Assembly (NCBI RefSeq): GCF_036321535.1
Contig: NC_087436.1
Span: 28,584,001 to 28,648,000 of the forward strand
Length of the DNA: 64,000 nt
Source of the DNA: Camelus dromedarius
Taxonomy: Eukaryota
Direction of reading: 5' to 3'
The notes under the pieces are model-generated. The model did no database searches and was not told the origin of the DNA. It worked only from the letters and a program-made list of their open reading frames with translations. This document shows, piece by piece, positions 11,171 to 26,104 of the stretch (its first letter is position 1; the number at the start of each line of letters is the position of its first letter). The translations under genes and the position numbers were made by a program.

Positions 11171-14100
11171 CTGCTTCTAGGTGGCAAATGGCCTCATCAG
11201 CTGACCAGGTATATGGAAAGAAAACAAGACTGGGAGATGATAGTCAAGGAGCTCTGAGTTAGAGGCATTGTGGCTGAAGTGTGGACATAGAGTGTGGAAA
11301 TTTTCTGTGTCAAATATTAGTTTCCATGATTAAGCTGTGGAGAAAAGGGGGCACAATTGAACAAGGGAATGAGATACCTCAGGAGAAGATAGATAATTTA
11401 AGAAATCATGACCATTGCACACTCAGCACTTTGTACTTTTTATTTAGAGCCAAGTATATATGTATATATTCAGAAGTCTATTAATCATATACTTCCTTAT
11501 TTTGTTGTTCTATTTCTGAATCTTCCTCTCCAAATGCACATTTCATCCTTTCAGTATGATTATTCAACTATTTAACTACCATTGATAACTATTAATCATT
11601 TGATAGGAAATAGACATGGTATCACTTCAACTTTCTTGGAATGTTTTCTTTACCTATTGACCACATTTTTTATTTCCTCAATATTAAAGAGGACATTTAC
11701 ACTTCAATGTAGACATCAGTGATATGGTAGCTTATACCAACACTTGAAGCCCACATACAGTGTGGTACAGTATGTACAGAGAGTGCTAATATCATGTATT
11801 TAGTGAAGTTGTAACTGTAACTGATAGAAGTACTATACGGAAAAGTAGGAGACAGCTATAGCTGTGGATTTGTCTAGATCTCTTTCAACTATTAGTTTTT
11901 GTTTCATGTCTTTGGAGATTCTATTATTTGTTCAATTTTTCTGGTAAATCAAACCTGTGTCATTACATAATATTCCTCTCTATCTCTAGTACTTTGTTTT
12001 GAAACCTACTTGATCAGGAGTTAACTTTTTAAAATTTAATGTTTAAAAAAATGAACTAAAAAAATTTCCTAAGTTCCAATTTCCTTTTCCATCAGTTTAT
12101 TTTGAGTATGTACACTTTCCAAACATTCAACCTGATCTCTAAATTATCTACATGTAGAAAATAAAGTTTATTTTTGTATTAATTCTTTTAAGTTGCAATG
12201 CCACCATACCTACTGATTTCCCACATATCTCATTCTCTTCTAATTTTACTACACTTAACTCAGAAGAGGAGCAAAAGAGAAAAATACATCAAATAGTTTT
12301 TTAAAGACCCCTCCTACTCCCACTAAGGTATTCTAGAATTGCTTCAAAAATAGCAAGGGTCTGCTAACATTTTTAAGATTTAATTTTGAGCTAGTTTCCT
12401 GAATATACTGAATATATTCACAAAGAGTTGAAGAGAAGTTATAAAAGGTGAAATTGCACTGTGACTTTCTATTTCCCTCTGGTTTAAATCTTTTAGATAA
12501 TAGAAAAGATCCATGCTGTTTCATTACATTAGAAGATGGTACATTCATATTCTGCAATTCATTTTAAAGTGCATATTTCACAATGTAGCAAAAACGTGTC
12601 TTAATTAGTTAAAAATTTTGGTCATTTAAACATCTAATTTACCCCCAGAATCACATATATGTACATTATTTTTAGGTACAAATTCCCTATCCCAAGAAAA
12701 TGCAAACCTTTGGTATATAATACAATTTTGTTTATCAAATCTCCTAATTGCCATCACATTCTTTGATGACTTAGTATTTTTCTAAAAACTACTAAGACGT
12801 AACACTTGTCATCAAATTGAGAATTCTGTTTTATTGCTTTTTTTTCCTTTAGAAAAGTCGTTAAAATAATGCTAGACAAGCTTCTATGCTGTTAACCACC
12901 ATAAGAGCATTTATAAGGATAAATGTGTTTGTTTTGCTATCAGTACACATGATTTTATGATCCCATTTTCAAGTTTAATAATAAGTACTTGAGAACTGTA
13001 AATAACAGAAGACAAGAAGTTTTGAAACTTTTTATGTGATATATGAATGTAGTTGAAGTATGTCAAAGTAAATTTAGAACTTAATTTTTAAAGAGGAAAT
13101 AAAAGCTATAGTGAGGAATTAAATGAAGGTTTTGGTAAAAAGCAAAAAAAGGAAAACAATTTCCTAATTAATATATGGGTTTACAGTGTATCTAATAGCG
13201 ATTTACATATTGAAGTGCAGCAGCATTTGCTTACTTTCACTACCAAGGTCCTAACTCATCTTAACAATAGGGTTTGACTTCTGAGTGTAACATATTTTTT
13301 TCATAAAATAATGTCCTGAATTTTAGATGAGAATTTTGCATTATGAATGTACTGTACAGAACATTCTGACAAAGATTATGATAAATCCTCCTTCAAATTT
13401 TCCTCTGATGTATCATATATAACAATAAGGAATAAGAACCACACACATACAAAGGAAAAATAAAATATTCTTCTTCTGTGGTACTTTTACAAAACTGTCT
13501 TAACCTCTAAAGATACAGGTTTCCCATCTTCAATCAAACACATTAGGTATACAGTTATTGTCCTTACTATTGTATTTTAGAATATATTTTGAAAAGACCA
13601 CTTTAAATTTTAAACATATAAGAAAAATACCTTTAGAACATGCTAAATGTGTTCTTTTTTACTGAAGACATATTTCATATATTATATTTTTTATAAAAGG
13701 TCAAATCTCTATAACTATTAAAAGTAAAGTATAGCATAGAAATGTATGAATAATATATGCTTATTGATATAAAATTATGAAAATACCTATACCATACAAG
13801 TTTAGAAGTTTGAAATTCTAATTCTAATGACTTATGCCAAAAGTAAAATAATACACATATACAAAAATTTTTGAAATGTATATATTTTATATTTAAAATC
13901 ACATCAAATGATATTTTAAATCTTTAAAACATATAATTAGACAATATTTCATGTCTTAATATTCTTTCCTTTACTACATACTATTTTGTTAATTATTCAT
14001 AGGTATTAAAGAGAATCATCCACTGTGAACTCCAAATTTGTAATACATTTGCTAGAGTAGGAGAAAACACCTACATGAGAAGAGGTGTGAACCATGAAGC

Positions 14101-14861
14101 AAAATTCAACTTTGCAATATTTTACAAGTAATAATTTAAAAGATTTGTGGAAATTATCAGAAGTGATGAATTTTGTCTATAAAAGTGATACACTTTATAC
14201 GCAATATGATTAACAAAAATGATGTAATTTTATTGCTATATTTTTCTAAAATGAAATAATGTTCAAAATTCATTATTTCTAAATTATTTTTATGTAAAAG
14301 TTTTTTTCTCTTTTGTAATTTTAAACAAGCCTACTATAGATTTTAAATTTTTTAAACAGTGAAGTACAACTTAAGCATTGCACAATAATGGGAAAATTGT
14401 GTTAGTTCTTTCCTCTTGTTCAGAGTCAGGTAAAATTTTAAGAGCAATGAGTGAGAGACTGGTGATCTACCATTAATTTTGAACAAGTTTTTAAAAATGT
14501 TCAGCTATTTGAAACAAGGAACTAAAAACAAAGTAAAATAAAACAAAACAAAAATATACACAAATAAATGTCCTCTGCTAGGAGAACATCTTGAAATACT
14601 CAATATAGCTGATAATATGTTGAAATCTTTAAATAAATGTAAATATGAATAACTCAGATTTGTTAGAGTCCTATCACATTTCGCGAACCAATAAATTATC
14701 CTTTGATGAAATATCTCTGAGGCTTCACAGCCCTACAAATTTGTTGGTACTCCATTTACAGTTGAACTCTTTTCTGTTTCTTTCTGTCTCTCTTTCCATC
14801 TGACTCTGTCCCTGTGCCTGTTTCTGCCTCTCTGTGTCTCTGTCTCTCGGAACATATATGT

Positions 14862-15250
14862 TGTTAAAAGATAAACTGAGGCATATTAAAAATTTTAAGA
14901 GTTTACTTAATCAAAAATTGACTCGAATAGGGCAACATCCAACCTAGCAGATAGAAAGGAGCTCTGAGGAGCTGTACAAAATGAAAGACTTCACAGGCAG
15001 AAGGGAACAGGAACAAGGAAATTATGATCGACAAAAAAAATCGGGTATCTTATTGCAAGATTACTTTCCTTTAGGGGATGACAGGCTTCTATCAGGCAGA
15101 TGACATGACTAGTGTTGATCAGAGGATTCCTGATTGACTGGTTTAAGATTCCATTTCTGGGAGAGTTGAAACTATAATTAAGTCTTGGTTTGATGCTGTG
15201 GGCATAAGCAGCGTATGTGACTCCCTTTGGAGTCTACTGTGTTTTTGACA
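14862..15250 (-). mobile_element. ERV1 (MER4/MER41-group-like) solo LTR
   Basis: TGTTAAAAG...TTTTGACA termini, about 390 bp, MER41-like antisense layout; no clear TSD. Confidence 0.65.
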
Positions 15251-15254
15251 AGTT

Positions 15255-15287
15255 ATATATGTGTGTGTGTGTGGTTGTGTGTGTGTG
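15255..15287. repeat. (TA)/(TG)n microsatellite
   Basis: atatatgtgtgtgtgtgtggttgtgtgtgtgtg. Confidence 0.85.
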
Positions 15288-15899
15288 AGCTATTTGATTT
15301 CAAAACCCATGTTTTTTAACTTCTGCAAGATATCTCCTCTCCTCACATTATATCTATGTTGGACTATTAATCTGGTGGCTTTCTATGCCATATACTCACA
15401 TGCCCATCTTAATTTGACAAAAAGCACTAATAGCCTCTTAAGAGATCTTCCTGCTTTCAGTGTCATCTCTGTTCACATCGTCCTCTTTACTATCATCAAG
15501 GTGTTCTTTTTGCATGCAAATTTGAGCGTGGCCCTATGCTTGTTACAGCTTCTCAGTGACACTTCATCCTGTTCTCGCCTTTGTTATCCCAAACTCACAT
15601 TTTCTAACATACCAATATTAATATGTCTGAAAAACCTGTATTCCTTTCCTTTCTCCCCCAACCTTTTTCTTCCCTCATCATCCTCACCGCTAAATAATCA
15701 ACAGCACAGAACTTGCACACCCTTGCCACACTCACCATGCTCTCTTGGCAGCACAGCTCTGCCCAGGCTGCTCTCAGTCTCTAGGATGCCTGGTTCATCA
15801 TCCACATCACCTCCTGCAGTCTGGTATCTTCCGTTACTCTTTAAAACTCCAATATGCATCTCTCCACTAGGATATCTTGCTTGGTATACTTAATATGTT

Positions 15900-16880
15900 T
15901 AATACCTATCTTTTTAATATTTTAATTTATCTTTGATGTTCAATAGTTTGAAAATAATTTGCTTAGATATAGTTTTTTGAAATTTATCCTTCTGAGGTTC
16001 CTGGTTGTGTGGTTTGCTATATGACATTAATTTGGGGAAAATTCTCAGTCATCATTGCTTCAAATATTTCTTATGTGTCTTTTTCTTCTCTTTCTGGTAT
16101 TCCCATTACCCATACGTCATACCTTTTGCAGTTGTCCCACAGTTCTTGAATATTCTGTTCTATTCTTTTTTTCAGACTTTTTATTTTCCTATTGCTATTC
16201 AGTTTTGTTTCTCTTGATATTTCCTCAAGCTCAAAGATTCTTCTGTTAACCACTTCAGTCAACTAATGATCCCATTAAAGACATTCTTCATTTCTCTTAT
16301 AATTTTTTTGATCTCTAGCATTTCGTTTTGATTCTTTCTTTAAATTTTCATCTCTGCTTACATTACCCATCTGTTATTGCATGTTGTCTACTTTTTCCAC
16401 TAGAAAACTTCGCATATTTATCATAGTCATTTTATTTTATTTTTTTATCATAGTTACTTTAAATTGCTGGTGTGATATTTCCAACAAGCCTGCCATAACT
16501 GACTCTGATTTGATTGTTGCTCTGTTTCTTCAAAACTGTGTATTTTATCTTTTAGTATGCCTTGTACTTTTTTTTTTTTTTAAGCCAGACATGATCTGTA
16601 GGGTAAAATCATGATGTGTAGGGTAAAAACCTAGTACTAATTGCATGGGGTTTTCTGCTTCTGTGTCTCTGCTCTGATAAGTTGTGATTCTCTGCATCCT
16701 CTTGTATGTCTTCTGGTTTGGGCAGGTGGGCAGAGATTTGTGCTGTAAACTCAATCCTTTGCCAGGTCTAGGAAGAGTTGCTAATTTTCCTTCTTTTTTT
16801 TAAGTTTTTTGTTTGTTTTTTGGGACAGAGTGTTGACTTTTGAAATTCCTTAATGCTGGACCAGAAACTGGAAGTAACAG
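15900..16880 (-). mobile_element. Old L1M ORF1/5' fragment
   Basis: ORF 16071-16262 (-) 'EQNIQELWDNCKRYDVWVMGIPEREEK' is L1 ORF1p-like (LWD..KR.N..I.GIPE). Confidence 0.85.
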
Positions 16881-16903
16881 CTTTTTCAGTGCCTATTTTT
16901 TTT

Positions 16904-17198
16904 TAACATTTTTTACTGATTTACAATCATTTTACAGTGTTGTATCAAATTCCAGTGTAAAGCACAATTTTTCAGTTATACATGAGCATACATATATTCA
17001 TTGTCACATTTTTTTCTCCATAGGCTACCATAAGATCTTGTATATATTTCCCTGCGCTATACAGTATAATCTTGTTTATCTATTCTACAATTTTGAAATC
17101 CCAGACTATCCCTTCCCACCTTCCGCCCCCTTGGCAACCACAAGTTTGTATTCTATGTCTATGAGTCTATTTCTGTTTTGTATTTATGCTTTGTTTGT

Positions 17199-17232
<34 letters not shown>

Positions 17233-17937
17233 TTCCACATATGAGCGATCTCATATGGTATTTTTCTTTCTCTTTCTGGCTTACTTCACTTAGAATGACA
17301 TTCTCCAGGAGCATCCATGTTGCTGCAAATGGCATTATGTTGTCAGTTTTTATGGCTGAGTAGTATTCCATTGTATAAATATACCACCTCTTCTTTATCC
17401 AGTCATCTGTTGATGGGCATTTAGGCTGTCTCCATGACTTGGCTATTGTAAATAGTGCTACTATGAACATTGGGGTGCAGGTGTCATCCTGAACTGGTCA
17501 CCAGTCTTATTCAACATAGTCTTGGAAGTCCTAGCCACAGCAATCAGGCAAGAGAGAGATATAAAAGGGATCCAAATTGGAAAAGAAGAGGTAAAAGTGT
17601 CACTATATACTGACGACGTGTTACTATATATAGAACCCCTAAAAGATCCACACAAAAACTACTAGAGCTCATCAAAGAATTCAGCAAGGTAGCAGGTTAC
17701 AAGATTAACATTCAAAAATCAGTTGCATTTCTTTACACTAACGATGAATCAACAGAAAAAGAAAGTAAAGAAACAATCCCCTTTAAAATAGCACCCAAAG
17801 TAATAAAATACCTAGAAATAAATCTAACCCAGGAGGTGAAAGAATTATACACAGAAAACTATAAACCATTGATGAAGGAAATTAAAGAAGACTTTAAAAA
17901 ATGGAAAGATATCCTATGCTCTTTGATTGGAAGAATG
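16904..17937 (-). mobile_element. Young L1 insertion with 5' inversion and internal deletion
   Basis: Minus part, about 16904-17495: 3'UTR and ORF2 C-terminus ([27 protein letters not shown]). Plus part, about 17498-17937: RT ([15 protein letters not shown]...YTDD...WKDI). TSD AGTGCCTATTTTTTTT at 16888-16903 and 17938-17953, with a TT/AAAA site. Confidence 0.93.
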
Positions 17938-20900
17938 AGTGCCTATTTTTTTTAATCTCAGTAAATGTGCATTTATGTGACCTTGTTCCTTAGGAAGCTG
18001 TAGATTGCTCCAATAATTGTCCATATCAATTTTTATTACAATTGTGTGTTTATTGTTTTTTTTTCCTGCTGAATAGTATATAAATATTTTGAGAATATGT
18101 ATTATATCTTTATCATCATTCCAATACTAGAAATTAAGTCATTGTTCAAAAGAAGTAAATGATTTTGGAACTGAGTTATAAATAAGTGATAATTATATTA
18201 AAAGTGATTTTTTGTTATAGGCCTACTAAGCTTAATTGGGCTTAGATATCTGTTAGTTTATTTAAATTTTTATACAAATAGGTACTCTTTAGTCAAGATA
18301 AAATAAGTTATATTACATAATCAAATAATCTCCAACTTGCAATCTCTTCAACTACTTAAGATTATTTTTTATTCAGGATGACAGACTAAAACATCTGAGG
18401 TATCACTGGTAAATAAAACTTTTGCCCAGAATTGACACAATTGACAACTACTCATATTTCTTTGGCCAAAGAAGTTACATAACCATACTTAATTATAAAA
18501 GGAGCAAGGACATGCCAACCTACCATGTGCTCTATATATAAACTTGCCCCTAGGTTTTGCTGTTAAATGTGAACATTGGGGCATTTTTTTCCCAAACATT
18601 TTCAAACATTTCTTATTGCTGACATTCTTATTTTAAATTTTATTTTTACAATTTTCCCTGCTTATCGTATAATAGTAGGGATTATTATAAATCTTAAATT
18701 GCCTTTTGAGTACATACCATTTTTTAAGTTAACCTGATGAAATAACAGCTGTCTTCAAGAATTTGATTAAAAGTAATTTCAAAATAATTAAGATGTTGAG
18801 GTGATATGTTATTATAGAAAATAACATTGGAGACATTGCAAAAGAAGTCAGTAATGGAAATGAAGCATTGCACCTAGTAAAGGAGAGCCCTTGGGCACAT
18901 TACTTAACCTTTCAGGGTGTCATAGCATGATGTTCACAATAAGACACTTGGATTAAATGATTATCTATGGTATGTCAGTCCTAAAATTCTGATTTATGAG
19001 AACTGGTAACGAAGACTTATTATATACTTATGACTCACTTCTACCTGAGCTGGTTATAAATTGTCAGACATTGAATTCTTAGTATTCTCAAGCTGCTGCC
19101 TAATTTTTAACTTTTTTTGTCAAAAAAAAAATAAGTACAATAGTGATTTTCATGGTCAGCAGTTGCCGGGAAACATGAAATCTACTTTTAAGTCTTCACA
19201 CATTATGTTTAAAAAATATTTACTGATTAGGGGACTGAGCATTGGATAGTTATTTTAGAAATATAATTCAACAAATATCTCTTAAATAATTCCCACTAAT
19301 TTAGGTAGTTTTAAGTCTTTGTTTCTAAGAATTAATTATACTAGTGTGAGTTAGATATTCATGAGATGGGTACATATATAAGTCATTTCAATATTTTTCT
19401 TATCAAATATATGAATAATAAGTTAAGGAAACAGATTAATTTGAGCATCAAGAGTGACAGGAAGTGATTTTTTAAAAAGGTGTATTTTATTTTCTCAAGT
19501 GATATGAAAAGTTTAGCGAAGTTACATTATCATTTATGAAAAAGTTTAAAAAGCACATATTAAAATTTAATTTTAGGATATTCCTCACAATTTTCACGTT
19601 GATTCATAGTTTATAAGCCTATGTATTTGGGAATTCTATATTTTTCATAGATAATTTTCCCTTCATATTTTTTACATTAAAAAGTTTGTTTTTCTTCTAG
19701 AAATTTAAATACTTTCATAAAAAATTTTTTTAAATAAATAATGTTTTACAAAGAAAAGCATAATAGATAAAATGATTTTTTATTCTTATGTAACTCCAAT
19801 CATTCTTTTAGGAACCTGAAATCAAGAGACCTTTAGTTTGACTTGTGAACTACTTAGTTTTATTGCTCTTGCATTGGGCATAATTGGAAGGAATTATAAA
19901 TTCTGTGTGATAAACTTAAAATTTCATACAATCCAAGAGAGGTCTAGAGATTTAGCACAATTTCTGCATGGATATTACATTTTTGTTGTCTATCTCTCCC
20001 TGGAATATGCAATACTTTCTGTATTTAATCAACATAATCTATGTTAACAAGAAGAATTTTGGTCATTGTTTTATTCCAGGAGTAATTTAACAACAATAAA
20101 AAAGTCAAATTTCTAACATTTATAAATAAATTAAGAATTTTTATGTTGATTTAGTTGTATCTTACAGAAATTAAACTTGACTCATGGGAAATATAAAATA
20201 AATTACTCCATTATTGCTGCCACTCTCCTTTTGGTCCAAGGTACACTCCTTCTATAATATATGCCCCCAGATCTAGATATCTGTTTCCTATTTGCCTTTC
20301 AGCATAGCTGAGGGAAGGTTGGAGTTCTCGAACAAAACTGTAACAGAATTTAAAAAATAAATAAATAAAGAGTACCAAAGTGGAAACAAAGAAAGTAACA
20401 TGTATTTTTTTGGTCTACAAACTGTTCTGGTTTTGCTTTCATTAGATGACTGTGAAAGCAGTAATTCCCATTGTTATATTGTTGGCCCAATAATCTAAGA
20501 CCTCTCAATAAGCCCTAGATCTGGTTTCTTCGGTCCAGTTACCCATATGAGGGTAAATCTTTTTTCTCAGTGATTGACAGACAACTAGGCTACCTCCAGC
20601 TCTAGGCGAAATCTAATCCATCTGTATGCCAGACAGGCCTAAGTATGAGAGCATATTAAACTACTACCCAGTAAGGCCAGCAATGAAACCATATGCACTT
20701 GCAAAAATAAAAAATTATCATAGAGGTTACTCCATCATAGTACCAAAGGTACTTCATGATTTAGTTCAACATTTGTGGCTGAATTAAAGTGTTTATTTCC
20801 TTTATTTTATATTTCCCATGAGTTATCTATAGCTTTTACCCACAAAAATCAACATAATGTGGTTTTCAAAAGATAGCTTAATGAGTCTCTTGTAGATAAA

Positions 20901-21039
20901 TCATCCTGTGAGCATTTTATTTATAGTGGCCAACATGAATCTACTGGTATACTGTGGAAAATTAGCTCAAATTATTTTTGGTGATAAAAGGCCTGTGACC
21001 CCAATTAGAGAGCCTTTTTAGTTTATTTCCATAGTTATT

Positions 21040-21220
21040 AAAACTTAATGAGAGTCTACAGTGTCCCAGGCTTTTGCTAGGTACTTTACACACATTATTT
21101 AAAATTTTAGTATTTATTTTGTAAGGGTAATATTATGCCCAATTTCACATGAAGAAGGAACTGAAGGTTAGAAAAGTGAAGATAGCTGTCTAAGGTCATG
21201 CACTGGGTAAAAAGTAGGGA
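21040..21220 (-). mobile_element. MIR SINE
   Basis: 'gctaggtactttacacacatt...cccaatttcacatgaagaaggaactgaagg...tctaaggtcatgc' antisense MIR. Confidence 0.7.
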
Positions 21221-23174
21221 TGGCTATGTATATGCAATTGGAATAAACAGTTTTTCCATGTTTTTTTTCCCTTTAACGGGGGGCATGTCTTCCTGTCTAG
21301 TGATAATAACCCCAGTAGATTTCAGTAATGTGTGTTGATCAATAAAATATTCAAAAATTTTATATTTTCAGCTTAAACTATCAGTTTTGCCAATACAAAT
21401 TGATACTTAATTTTAAATCTTTAAAAAAGTTTTATTATCTAAAAATTATTATTAAAATCAGATAATTTGCTTGAAGAAAATTAAGACTCTTATGGTGATA
21501 GTCAGTTTTCCTTTATGTATTCCTTAAACACATATGAGCTAAAAGCAAATCAGTTTCCTGAGGAAAAATGAATTTAACAACATATGTACTGAAAATACTG
21601 GATATGTAACTGATATTATTATCTGAGATTTTTATAGTTAAAACCTAAATGCTTGTAGCCATTTTTGAAAAGAAACATGAACATGCTATATTGAAACAGT
21701 TCTTGAAATTCTTTCTGATTATCAACCAAATATTATAGGACAATTATCATATTCCTTTAGTGTAGTAAACTTAGTATATGAATAAACAATTTGTTATTTA
21801 ATTATTTTAAGGCAAGAAGTATTGCAAGTCATCATTCATAAATTTTATTAGTATATTAATGACAGCTATGTAGAAGTAGGTTTCATGAAGAATGTTCAGT
21901 ATAAATCAGTGGTGCCCTGTATCTCATTCCCTCGTTCATTTTTAAAAACACTAATTGATTATTTTGTCATTGATCCATTCCTTCCACTAAGTCAGTAGTA
22001 CTATATTTCAGGATTATTTTAAAGTTAGACCAGTTAATGACAAGAATTTAAAAAAAAAAGAGTCTTTCCAGGTATACTTTAATAGCCATATCAATAAGTC
22101 AATTACGTGAAGATGCTGAATATCTATTGATAAAATATAAACAGTTAAGTGAGCTAGACCAGAGAAGTTTTAATACATACAAATTTTTGATAGCAGCAGT
22201 ACAACACAATCTGGGATTCACTCAAGCTGAATTCGTATTAAATTTCATATTCATACACATGTATTTATTTAGCAGTAGACTTCAGTGCTGCATGTACTTG
22301 AAATAATTAAGAGCATAGGTCTATCATTAAAGAACAATATACTTGTCAGACCTAACTATAGGAGTAGTTGTTGAACCTCTTGACTTTCACAGTAACGGAA
22401 GAACTTCTTTGTCAAGCTGTGCATTGTTCAATTTACAAAGAGCATTACATTGGAGTACTAAATGATTGATATCTTTGTGCTTCTTGACATTGTTAAAACA
22501 CAGACCTGACGTCATAAGTTTAAGGGTTACCTGTAATAAATGTTATGAGGAACAATAACATATTCATCCTGATGTGCTAATTTACACTCAGGAGTCAGTA
22601 GACAACTCTTTGTTGAACTGAAGTGAATAGCCACTTGACTCTGCAGAAATAGTTCTTAGACTGAAAATCTCAATGCAATGTAATACTTTTTTTCTAGTAA
22701 TAAGTGAAGTGACAGAAATGGCTCTTTAAAATATGAAAAAACATGACAATTATTTAGTATTTCTGAAGCACATTTCAAATCCTAGATGTGAATTTAGAGG
22801 AGGGATTAACAAATCGTATGTAGCTTATTTTGTATAGAGTGGGGCAAGCAGCATGGAGACAGAGGCCAATGAAACTGGGGTTGGAAATTCTCTTTTATTT
22901 GTATCTGAATATGGGTGGCTACGTATTTATGCTCATTTCCTGCTGATCTCATGATCAAACCACTATTAGCATATTTTACCATAATTTATATTTACATATT
23001 AATACCTACATAAAAGCACTAGAAAAAACTTGGGAGCAACTACAATTCTAGAGTGAAGACATAATCTAAATCTCTTTATATAAATAATTATTTTCAGACC
23101 ATTAAAAATTGATGTTGTGTTTACTAAGTTAATGTAATAAAATGAGTGGTTATTAATAATGTAAATACTAACAA

Positions 23175-23380
23175 AAGTCCTGGTTTTGCAGTCAAGCAGG
23201 GTAGATTTTGAACCATGGTTCATCCATTTCTCATCTGCAAGTAACTCCACATGATTCATTTTTCTTACCTGGAAAATGGAAAAAGAAAAAACAGTAATTA
23301 TCTCATGAGATTATACTTAACACTAACTGTTATTCTATGTAAAATACTTTGTAGGCAACCAATACTGTTGACACATATCT
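23175..23380 (+). mobile_element. MIR SINE fragment
   Basis: 'ctggttttgcagtcaagcagg...tttcttacctggaaaatgg...tatctcatgag'. Confidence 0.55.
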
Positions 23381-23629
23381 TTGCCAAATACCCCTTTATT
23401 AAATATACTCCCTTTCTTTTCTGATTCTGAATAAAGAACTCTGTAGTTATGGATTTAGGGGAGGATGAAGTCTGTGAATATCAGTTACTACTTTACTGTT
23501 GTTTTTTATGTTTAATCTACATGATATTATAATAAATGTTAACCAGGATTCATTCCAAAGACAACATAAGCATTTGTGTTTAACATTGGCTCATGTTGTT
23601 TTATGAAAAGATTAATGACTTGTAGCTGG

Positions 23630-23790
23630 ATGGCTTGAGTTTAGATGTCATCTCTACAACTTTCAGTTATACGACAATGAGCAAGTCATTTATTACTCTG
23701 ACTTTCAGACTCTTCCTACAAAATTCTGGAGGATAATATAAAATGTATTTAAGTGAATACATTTAGAATTAAATATCATTTTGAACAAAA
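23630..23790 (+). mobile_element. MIR SINE fragment
   Basis: 'cttgagtttagat...gacaatgagcaagtcatttattactctgactttcag'. Confidence 0.55.
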
Positions 23791-24804
23791 ATTCTTTTTG
23801 CATGTGATCTGGTTTTTCCATCTTAAAAATCACCAAGATCAATGACATCAGGTAATATGAGCTGTATTAGCTAGTTCTGGTCTTTATTCTAATTAACTCT
23901 CTAACATGTCTCTTGTCAAAGTGAAGTGTTCTTATGAAACATGTACTTGACATGCTTACATATAAATTAACTGTTTCTATCTAAAATCTATTTTGCTATT
24001 AGTCATTCTGAGCTAATATAGAGATAATTCTAGGTATAAATAATCTATTACACTAAAAATGATGGAACAGTCTTATATTGACAATTATACTAGTAATTAT
24101 TTATACCAGTTGTTTAGACTAGAGCTTATTTCTTTGTGCGCTGACAAGTAAATCATTTACACTCAGAACATATTTTCATCCACATTAAGTGTAAAATTTA
24201 GTTCCTTCAAGACTGATGATTAAGAAAGAAAAATTATTGTGAACTACCAGACCATACAAGATAATATCACAGCTTACTGTTGGTGGGTTTTATTTGTATC
24301 ACATTTTTCCCAAATATTTCAGGTTACTGACAGGTCACCCACAAAATGTCACACAGAAATAAATCTCATAATTCTGTAAGACAAGCAGGAATGTATTCAC
24401 CAGATTATGGATTCTGGTTCTAAATTAGCAACGCCTGATATTTTCTTTTAAAAATACATATACATTGATCCCCAAAATAGAATAATTGTAAGTGAAACAG
24501 AAGTAGAGGTTTATTTTTAGGTCTGCTAGATTATCAAAATCCAGAACATCTTTTCTGAGAGCACTCTATTTCCATGTGGCAAATTTTAAGTCTTTTCTTG
24601 GATTTTTAATGAAAAGACACGCAAGAATGTTCTTCTTCAGCATTGCAACAGAAAGATACTGAAAGTGCACCGCAGTAAGAGTCCCTTCTTGCTGCCCTTT
24701 GACACATAGCTCTTTAGTTTCCATAATCCTTTTTTATTTATTATAGTAAATTCTGGTTTTTTTAGTTAAGCTATTTCGAGATTGTTTCTGTTTCATACAG
24801 CCCA

Positions 24805-25070
24805 ATTTAGTTCTGATAGTTTTATTTGTAAATCTGAAATTTAAAAAATGTTTAAAATCAAAAGTTTGTAAGTCATTTGACAGTAAATTATGGCAAAATC
24901 TGGATCAGCCCAAACTAACATAGGCTACTTATAGACTTCATTACTCCCCTTACAATGAACATTCATATGTTTTACTAAGAAATAATAATATGGACTGCCC
25001 AGACTTTGGTAGGCATATTATATAATATGCAACATGTGAAATTCTGACAATTTGTGAGATTTTAAAATAT
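24805..25070 (+). mobile_element. MER46C (Tigger-family) DNA transposon
   Basis: 'aaaatcaaaagtttgtaagtcatttgacag...aggctacttatagac...gaacattcatatgttttact...ctgcccagac' resembles the recalled MER46C consensus. Confidence 0.55.
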
Positions 25071-26104
25071 TTTATATAAATATAATATGTCCATCACTTT
25101 TATTGAATAAATAATCTGGGCTGCCATTTTAAGCTGTGACTTATTTTTTAAATTCATTTCAATGCAACACAACTATTTGAAAGTCTACTAGAGGCTCTTC
25201 AATATTTGATACCGGTACCTATACAGAAAAAAAGATATTATTTTCTAAGTGCCTGGTTATAAATTGTGCATTCATTAAAGCAATCAGGAAACAATTCATA
25301 AATATTATATGATATATTGCTAAATTGTGTACAATAAAGTTCTAAAAACTATTGGGCAAAGAATATAAATTACACAATAGATTTCAATATCCTTAGTAAA
25401 TATACAATAAAAAAGACCTGACTTCACCCTTCTGACATAAGGAGTTTTATGAGATATCATCTAAATAGTATCTTGTGACACTAAATTCAAGAACTGTTTT
25501 CTGCATCCCATTTAAACTGATATCAGAAGGTAAGACAGTACAGCACATGGGATATAAAATTCTTCAGAAAGCATTGCAACACAGTGAAGATGGTTTCAGG
25601 GTGCTTCCTGACTCTGTTTAGAGTAATTAGAATATTTAGATTTTAATTGAAGCCATAAGTTCCCTTAATGCATAATATTCAAATGTTTCTTTTTCTTTTG
25701 TAAATTGTACTTTGTCTTTATCTCAAATTTTAAGCATTCAGACAAGGCATTATAAATGAAGCATAAAAAATTTTACTTATAAAAGTTGTGAATTTGAGGT
25801 GAATCACATGAATACCAGAAGCTGGTAAAGATTTAAGGAAGTGGGTAATTTTTGTTTGAATATAGTACTTGAAGCATTTTTAGGAAGTTAAAGCTAGCCA
25901 AATTATCTGTATGCAATTTAATTTTAAAGCAAATACATGAATATACATTATTGACATTGCTTGGGTAACCCGAAAAGCAAAAGAATCCAAACAAAACATA
26001 ACTTGGCATGGAAAAAGGATGGAGTTTTCTAGTTCCACTAAATCACCATTTTCTGAATGTGAGTTTACATCTATTAAATGGGGATACATGTAATAAACTT
26101 GCTA

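Noticed and set aside
15261..15893. Longest ORF (210 aa)
   Set aside because: Starts in a TG microsatellite and runs through pyrimidine-rich, probably L2-like sequence; low-complexity L/S/P composition.
23262..23290. Minus-strand splice donor/acceptor-like motif
   Set aside because: Lies in a MIR core.
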